DNA of 52,083 nt from NCBI GenBank assembly GCA_902562525.1, contig CACETT010000004.1:1-52083 (forward strand). Direction: 5' to 3'. Below the pieces are notes generated by a model that saw only the letters and a list, made by a program, of their open reading frames with translations, was not told where the DNA came from and made no database searches. The DNA comes from an uncultured Alphaproteobacteria bacterium (GTDB lineage: Bacteria > Pseudomonadota > Alphaproteobacteria > UBA7887). Position numbers and translations under genes: made by a program. Below, one piece after another: positions 48,141 through 52,083 of this stretch. The stretch's first letter is position 1; each line of letters begins with the position of its first letter.

Positions 48141-49760
48141 TTAAGCCTCGCGAGGTTGAGAGAAAAAGTCATTGCCCTTGTCGTCTACTATTATGAAAGC
48201 GGGAAAGCCCTCTACCTCAATCTTCCAAACAGCCTCCATGCCCAGATCTTCATAGGCAATACATTCCACACTCTTTATACAGTCGTTGGCTAGGCGAGCG
48301 CCAGGCCCGCCTATGGAGCCCAAGTAAAAACCCCCATATTTCTGGCAACTATTTTTTACGCTGGCTGTCCGATTCCCCTTCGCTAGCATAACAAGGGATG
48401 CCCCCATTTTTTGAAAGGGTTCGACAAAAGGGTCCATACGGGCAGCCGTAGTGGGGCCAAAGGAGCCGGTTGCATAGCCTGTTGGGGTCTTGGCGGGGCC
48501 CGCATAATAAATGCAATGATTTTTGAAGTAATCAGGAAGCGAACCCCCTGCGTCGAGTAAGGCTTGTAGACGAGCATGTGCTGCATCTCTAGCAACAATC
48601 ATAGGCCCTGAAAGAGAAATACGAGTTTTAATCGGATACTTTGATAAGGTGGCCCGGATTTCCCTCATCGGTTTGTTCAGGTCAATCTCAACTACCGGCT
48701 CCTCGGAGGTGCTTTCGGGTGCATCTGGCAAATAGGATTCGGGATTGGATTCAAGTTGTTCAAGGAAGACGCCTGCACTAGTTATTTTTCCGAGAGCTTG
48801 ACGGTCTGCGGAGCATGAAACGCCGATCCCGATGGGCAGGCTGGCGCCGTGTCGAGGCAGGCGGATTGCTCGAACATCGTGACAGAAATATTTCCCACCG
48901 AACTGAGCGCCAATCCCAAAGGACTCAGTGAGTTTTTGAAGTTTGTTTTCTAACCCGACATCACGGTAGGCATGTCCTGAAGAACTCCCTTGCAACGGAA
49001 GGTTATCCAAATATCTGCAGCTCGCTAATTTTACGGTTTTTAAATTGAGTTCAGCCGTAGTGCCCCCAATTACCACGGCTAGGTGATAGGGAGGGCATGC
49101 TGCTGTCCCCAAGGAACGCAACTTTTGGTCTAAAAAATCAATCAGTTTCTGGGGATGTAAACGGGCGGGGCTTTCCTGAAATAAAAAAGTTTTATTGGCA
49201 GAGCCGCCACCTTTTGCCACAAAAAGAAATTCGTAATTTTGTCCAGGCTTATTATATATATCGATCTGAGCGGGAAGGTTGCTCTTGGTGTTTACCTCAT
49301 CAAAAAGACTCAGTGGTGCTACCTGGCTAAACCGGAGATTCAAATCTCTATATGCCTCAAATACCCCTCTACTTATAAACTCTTCATCATTAAACCCGGT
49401 CCATATTTGTTGACCTTTCGTGCACATGGCTATTGCAGTGCCAGTGTCTTGACACATGGGTAAGATTCCAGCGGCAGAGATATTGGCATTCTTAATCAGT
49501 TCCAGGGCAACAAATTTATCATTTTTGGAGGCCGCGGGATCGGCCAGGATTTTTGCCAGTTGTTCAAGGTGGCTCGAACGAAGCAGATGAGATATATCTC
49601 GAATTGCTTCAGAAGCCAGCAAGGTTAGTGCTTCTGGTCTAACTTTCAAAATGTCTTGGCCCTCAAATTTAGCAGAACTCACAAATTCATTTGTCAATTG
49701 GCGGTACTTTGTGGTGTCCGGTCCAAGGGGGAAAAGTTCTTGAAACAAAAAGTCGGTCAT
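48141..49760 (-). CDS. fumA: Class I (Fe-S) fumarate hydratase (start re-called to ATG at 49760)
   Basis: 'PMCQDTG', 'KGGGSANK', 'GTAACPPYH', 'VSCSADR', 'GPTTAARMD', 'KGNR'. Confidence 0.95.
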   Translation of the reverse strand: MTDFLFQELFPLGPDTTKYRQLTNEFVSSAKFEGQDILKVRPEALTLLASEAIRDISHLLRSSHLEQLAKILADPAASKNDKFVALELIKNANISAAGILPMCQDTGTAIAMCTKGQQIWTGFNDEEFISRGVFEAYRDLNLRFSQVAPLSLFDEVNTKSNLPAQIDIYNKPGQNYEFLFVAKGGGSANKTFLFQESPARLHPQKLIDFLDQKLRSLGTAACPPYHLAVVIGGTTAELNLKTVKLASCRYLDNLPLQGSSSGHAYRDVGLENKLQKLTESFGIGAQFGGKYFCHDVRAIRLPRHGASLPIGIGVSCSADRQALGKITSAGVFLEQLESNPESYLPDAPESTSEEPVVEIDLNKPMREIRATLSKYPIKTRISLSGPMIVARDAAHARLQALLDAGGSLPDYFKNHCIYYAGPAKTPTGYATGSFGPTTAARMDPFVEPFQKMGASLVMLAKGNRTASVKNSCQKYGGFYLGSIGGPGARLANDCIKSVECIAYEDLGMEAVWKIEVEGFPAFIIVDDKGNDFFSQPREA

Positions 49761-49918
49761 GTTGAATGTGTCTCTTGAAGGGGGTTTATTTTTGGCTTTA
49801 CTAAGTTGGTTTTTTCCGTCTAATTCTCTTCCTTCAAACTGTGGAAAGATATGGGCATAGGCTTTGATAAAATTGAACATGAATTGTATTAATTGAGGTC
49901 AGGGGCATTAATAGATGC

Positions 49919-50383
49919 CTATGTTTTCCGAAAATTATCTAATTCTACTACTTTTTCAATTTTCGCTTCACTTTCACCAACTGTGGTTTCCTCTGCGGTA
50001 ACAGCCTCGTCAAAGGCTCGACTGCTATCTTCCCCCACAAATTGCAAGGTAAATTCCGCAAGGGGATCGGCAAAGCCTGTTAGTGCTTTTGTCGGGATTA
50101 CTAACTTATGGGGAATTTTATTAAAATTTAGTGTCACACTAAAGCCTTCGTTGGTAACTGCCAAATCCCAGAATTGATTTTGCAAAACTATCGTCATTTC
50201 ATCGGGGAATTGTTGCTTAAGATCAGCCCCGATTTTGGTTTCTGGCAACGCCGTCAAAAAGGAAATATACAAGTGGTGCCCTGGAGGCAGTCCATCTTCA
50301 GCGACGGACCTCAGAGTGCGTAACACGACTTGTCTGAGGGCGTCATTTACCATTTTTTTGTAATCTAATTTATTTTCTGTCAT
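49919..50383 (-). CDS. sspB: ClpXP adaptor SspB (alphaproteobacterial type)
   Basis: 'ALRQVV', 'GLPPGHHLYISF', 'PDEMTIVLQNQFWDL', 'FADP', C-terminal ClpX-binding 'VVELDNFRK'; directly downstream of ssrA. Confidence 0.93.
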   Translation of the reverse strand: MTENKLDYKKMVNDALRQVVLRTLRSVAEDGLPPGHHLYISFLTALPETKIGADLKQQFPDEMTIVLQNQFWDLAVTNEGFSVTLNFNKIPHKLVIPTKALTGFADPLAEFTLQFVGEDSSRAFDEAVTAEETTVGESEAKIEKVVELDNFRKT

Positions 50384-50404
50384 GTTAGCTCTGACGTTTT
50401 GGTT

Positions 50405-50695
50405 TATGTGGAGGGCTTCTGTTGCCCGGCGCCCCCCGAACCGCGCTTACCTAGTAATACTAAGCAGCAAGTGCCATTTCATTATCATTGGCAATTGTGT
50501 TTTTGACCCGGTAACGGTGGTATCATGCCGAGCAAAAACCATATCTTTATTGCCCATGTCGAACCTGGTTCGCCCCCATAAAGTACACGCTACGCAGCGC
50601 GAAAACGAAGACTTATGGTGGAGGCGCCGGGTACTGCCCCCGGGTCCATGCAGCCTATTCCATATGGCGTTTATCGCTATAGTCGGATGACCGAC
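50405..50695 (-). ncRNA. ssrA: Permuted two-piece tmRNA; tag peptide (A)ANDNEMALAA
   Basis: Minus strand: ...GACCCGGGGGCAGTACCCGGCGCCTCCACCA (CCA ends at 50616), 38-nt intervening segment, GGGGGCGAACCAGGTTCGAC starting at 50577 (7-bp acceptor stem with G3.U); tag ORF 50492-50460 ends in TAG; outer ends approximate. Confidence 0.95.
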
Positions 50696-50700
50696 CCCCC

Positions 50701-50729
50701 AATATATGCCTTATCAAGAAATATTGAAA
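50701..50729 (-). promoter_or_regulatory. Putative sigma70 promoter of ssrA
   Basis: TTTCAA-N17-TATATT just upstream of the tmRNA precursor. Confidence 0.4.
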
Positions 50730-50853
50730 GCCTATGCTTGGCGCAAACTTGGGGAATGAGGAGACAACGGATCTCTTTGTTGGCGAGTGTTTCGAAGCCT
50801 GGTACTGTGTTGGGAAATCTAGGCTCAATGTGTATTGATGTGAAGGATACCCT

Positions 50854-51783
50854 ATGACTGAAGATAATGGGGCGCCCGATGGGCAACCAAAAGGAGTTAT
50901 GACGCGGAGGGTTACTGTTTCCGCCCTTGAGGAGTACTTGTACAAGCCTTTACAGGTGCTTGATCATGGCTTTGTCCGTCTCATTGATTACATGGGTGAT
51001 GATAACGCTGTGGTCCAGGCGGCCCGTGTTTCTTATGGTTCGGGGACTAAACAGGTTAGGGAAGACCGGGGTTTAATCCGGTATCTCATGCGTCACCGGC
51101 ACACAACCCCATTCGAAATGTGTGAAATTAAATTCCACATCAAGCTTCCAATTTTTGTTGCTCGTCAATGGGTAAGACACCGCACAGCAAATATAAATGA
51201 ATACTCTGCCCGGTATTCCTATTTGGATAAGGAATTTTATATACCGCAACCGCAGCACCTAGCCACTCAATCTTCCATCAATCGGCAGGGGCGAGGCTCT
51301 GTGTTGGAGGGGCATGAAGCAGCCAGAGTTCTTAATTTGTTACAAGAAGATGCAAACAGAGCTCATGATCACTATGTGGAAATGATGAATGAAGATGAGA
51401 ATGGAGAAGTCCTCAGGCAGGACCGCCATGGGCTGGCCCGCGAGCTTGCGAGGATGAATTTAAGCCTCAATTTTTATACGCAGTGGTACTGGAAGGTAAA
51501 TTTACATAATTTAATGCATTTTCTTGCTTTGCGCGCTGACCCCCATGCCCAATATGAAATCCGTGCCTATGCCTCAGTAATGTTAAAGATTCTTAAAGAC
51601 TGGGTGCCACATGTGTATGAAGCATTTATTGATTACAGAGTTAATGCGTTTGAGTTATCTCAGCCCGCCCTATCGGTCTTGAGAAAATTAGTCGGGGGTA
51701 AGCCGATTGACCAGAAGGGTAGTGGTTTATCCCCCAGGGAGTGGCGCGAGCTAATGCTGGCCTTAGGACTTGAAAAGACTTAA
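50854..51783 (+). CDS. thyX: FAD-dependent thymidylate synthase
   Basis: 'QAARVSYG', 'HTTPFE', ThyX motif '[18 protein letters not shown]', 'HAQYEIR'. Confidence 0.96.
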   Translation: MTEDNGAPDGQPKGVMTRRVTVSALEEYLYKPLQVLDHGFVRLIDYMGDDNAVVQAARVSYGSGTKQVREDRGLIRYLMRHRHTTPFEMCEIKFHIKLPIFVARQWVRHRTANINEYSARYSYLDKEFYIPQPQHLATQSSINRQGRGSVLEGHEAARVLNLLQEDANRAHDHYVEMMNEDENGEVLRQDRHGLARELARMNLSLNFYTQWYWKVNLHNLMHFLALRADPHAQYEIRAYASVMLKILKDWVPHVYEAFIDYRVNAFELSQPALSVLRKLVGGKPIDQKGSGLSPREWRELMLALGLEKT

Positions 51784-51838
51784 TTGATAGGGGAAGCCCT
51801 TAGGATAATGATGTTCCTTTATACGGATCTTTGCACTG

Positions 51839-52083
51839 TTAATCCATGGTCTCTATTGTAGGGGGAGTGTTTAAATTATGGGAACTGTCCACCTTTTCGG
51901 CCACCTTCTTCCCTATTTCCATGAAGGTTTTTCCGTGAAGTGAGCCCGGATCTGATACGCTTATAGGTATCCCTCCATCTGATCCCACCCGTACTCCAAT
52001 ATCTAGTGGCAATTCGCCAAGAAAATCGACGTTAAGTTTTTGGGCCCATTCACGCGCACCGCCGTGGCTGAAAATTTCAGAGC
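51839..52083 (-). CDS. mrp: Mrp/ApbC/NBP35 Fe-S cluster carrier ATPase, C-terminal part (runs off window end)
   Basis: Manual translation: SEIFSHGGAREWAQKLNVDFLGELPLDIGVRVGSDGGIP...ETMD*; not in the ORF track because it lacks a start. Confidence 0.88.
   Translation of the reverse strand, partial: SEIFSHGGAREWAQKLNVDFLGELPLDIGVRVGSDGGIPISVSDPGSLHGKTFMEIGKKVAEKVDSSHNLNTPPTIETMD

Noticed and set aside
49864-49877. FNR-like TTGAT-AAAA-TTGAA upstream of fumarase
   Set aside because: Only 8/10 match in an AT-rich gap; unsupported without conservation data
49761-49880. 40-aa N-terminal extension of fumarase in the ORF track
   Set aside because: Class I fumarase similarity begins at [13 protein letters not shown] (49760); the extension looks like intergenic sequence
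50382-50945. Several short ORFs between sspB and thyX
   Set aside because: They overlap the tmRNA gene and its divergent promoter region

Overview
A 52-kb core-genome window from an alphaproteobacterium, probably Rhodospirillales-like. The evidence is a permuted two-piece tmRNA next to sspB, atpF'/atpF with no F1 genes, plant-type gshA, type II thrB and an aa3 cox operon with coxF, DUF983 and SURF1. In order, it contains: the end of the F0 operon; gcvT-H-PA-PB under a tandem glycine riboswitch; thrB-rnhA; prx5/dsbD/yqgE; thrC-M16-tusA-rimJ; a lipid kinase; pmbA; a tandem-EthD protein; ubiD-ubiA; rsmE-gshA; an orphan NMT1/THI5-like protein; tldD; an LLM oxidoreductase; coxB-A-ctaB-coxF-ctaG-coxC-DUF983-SURF1-ctaA-M32; FMN reductase/desaturase/DUF4389/thioesterase; a D-2-hydroxyacid dehydrogenase; selO; an ALS-like ThDP enzyme; asmA; class I fumarase; sspB; ssrA; thyX; and a partial mrp. 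I found no mobile elements, CRISPR arrays, tRNAs or rRNAs, and I cannot support a wholly new multi-gene system. The best leads are: (i) an apparent ~20.7-kb inversion whose reversal restores the usual cox...M32-thrC-M16 order and joins five co-oriented lipid-modification genes; (ii) a cysteine-pair (type 1) CtaA inside the cox operon; (iii) a stand-alone 'ALS' resembling cyanobacterial 2-oxoglutarate decarboxylase; (iv) a signal-less orphan NMT1/THI5-fold protein; (v) ispH missing from its usual slot; (vi) a readable translational switch in the glycine riboswitch and a structured coxB leader. All family assignments come from motif recognition by eye, not database searches.
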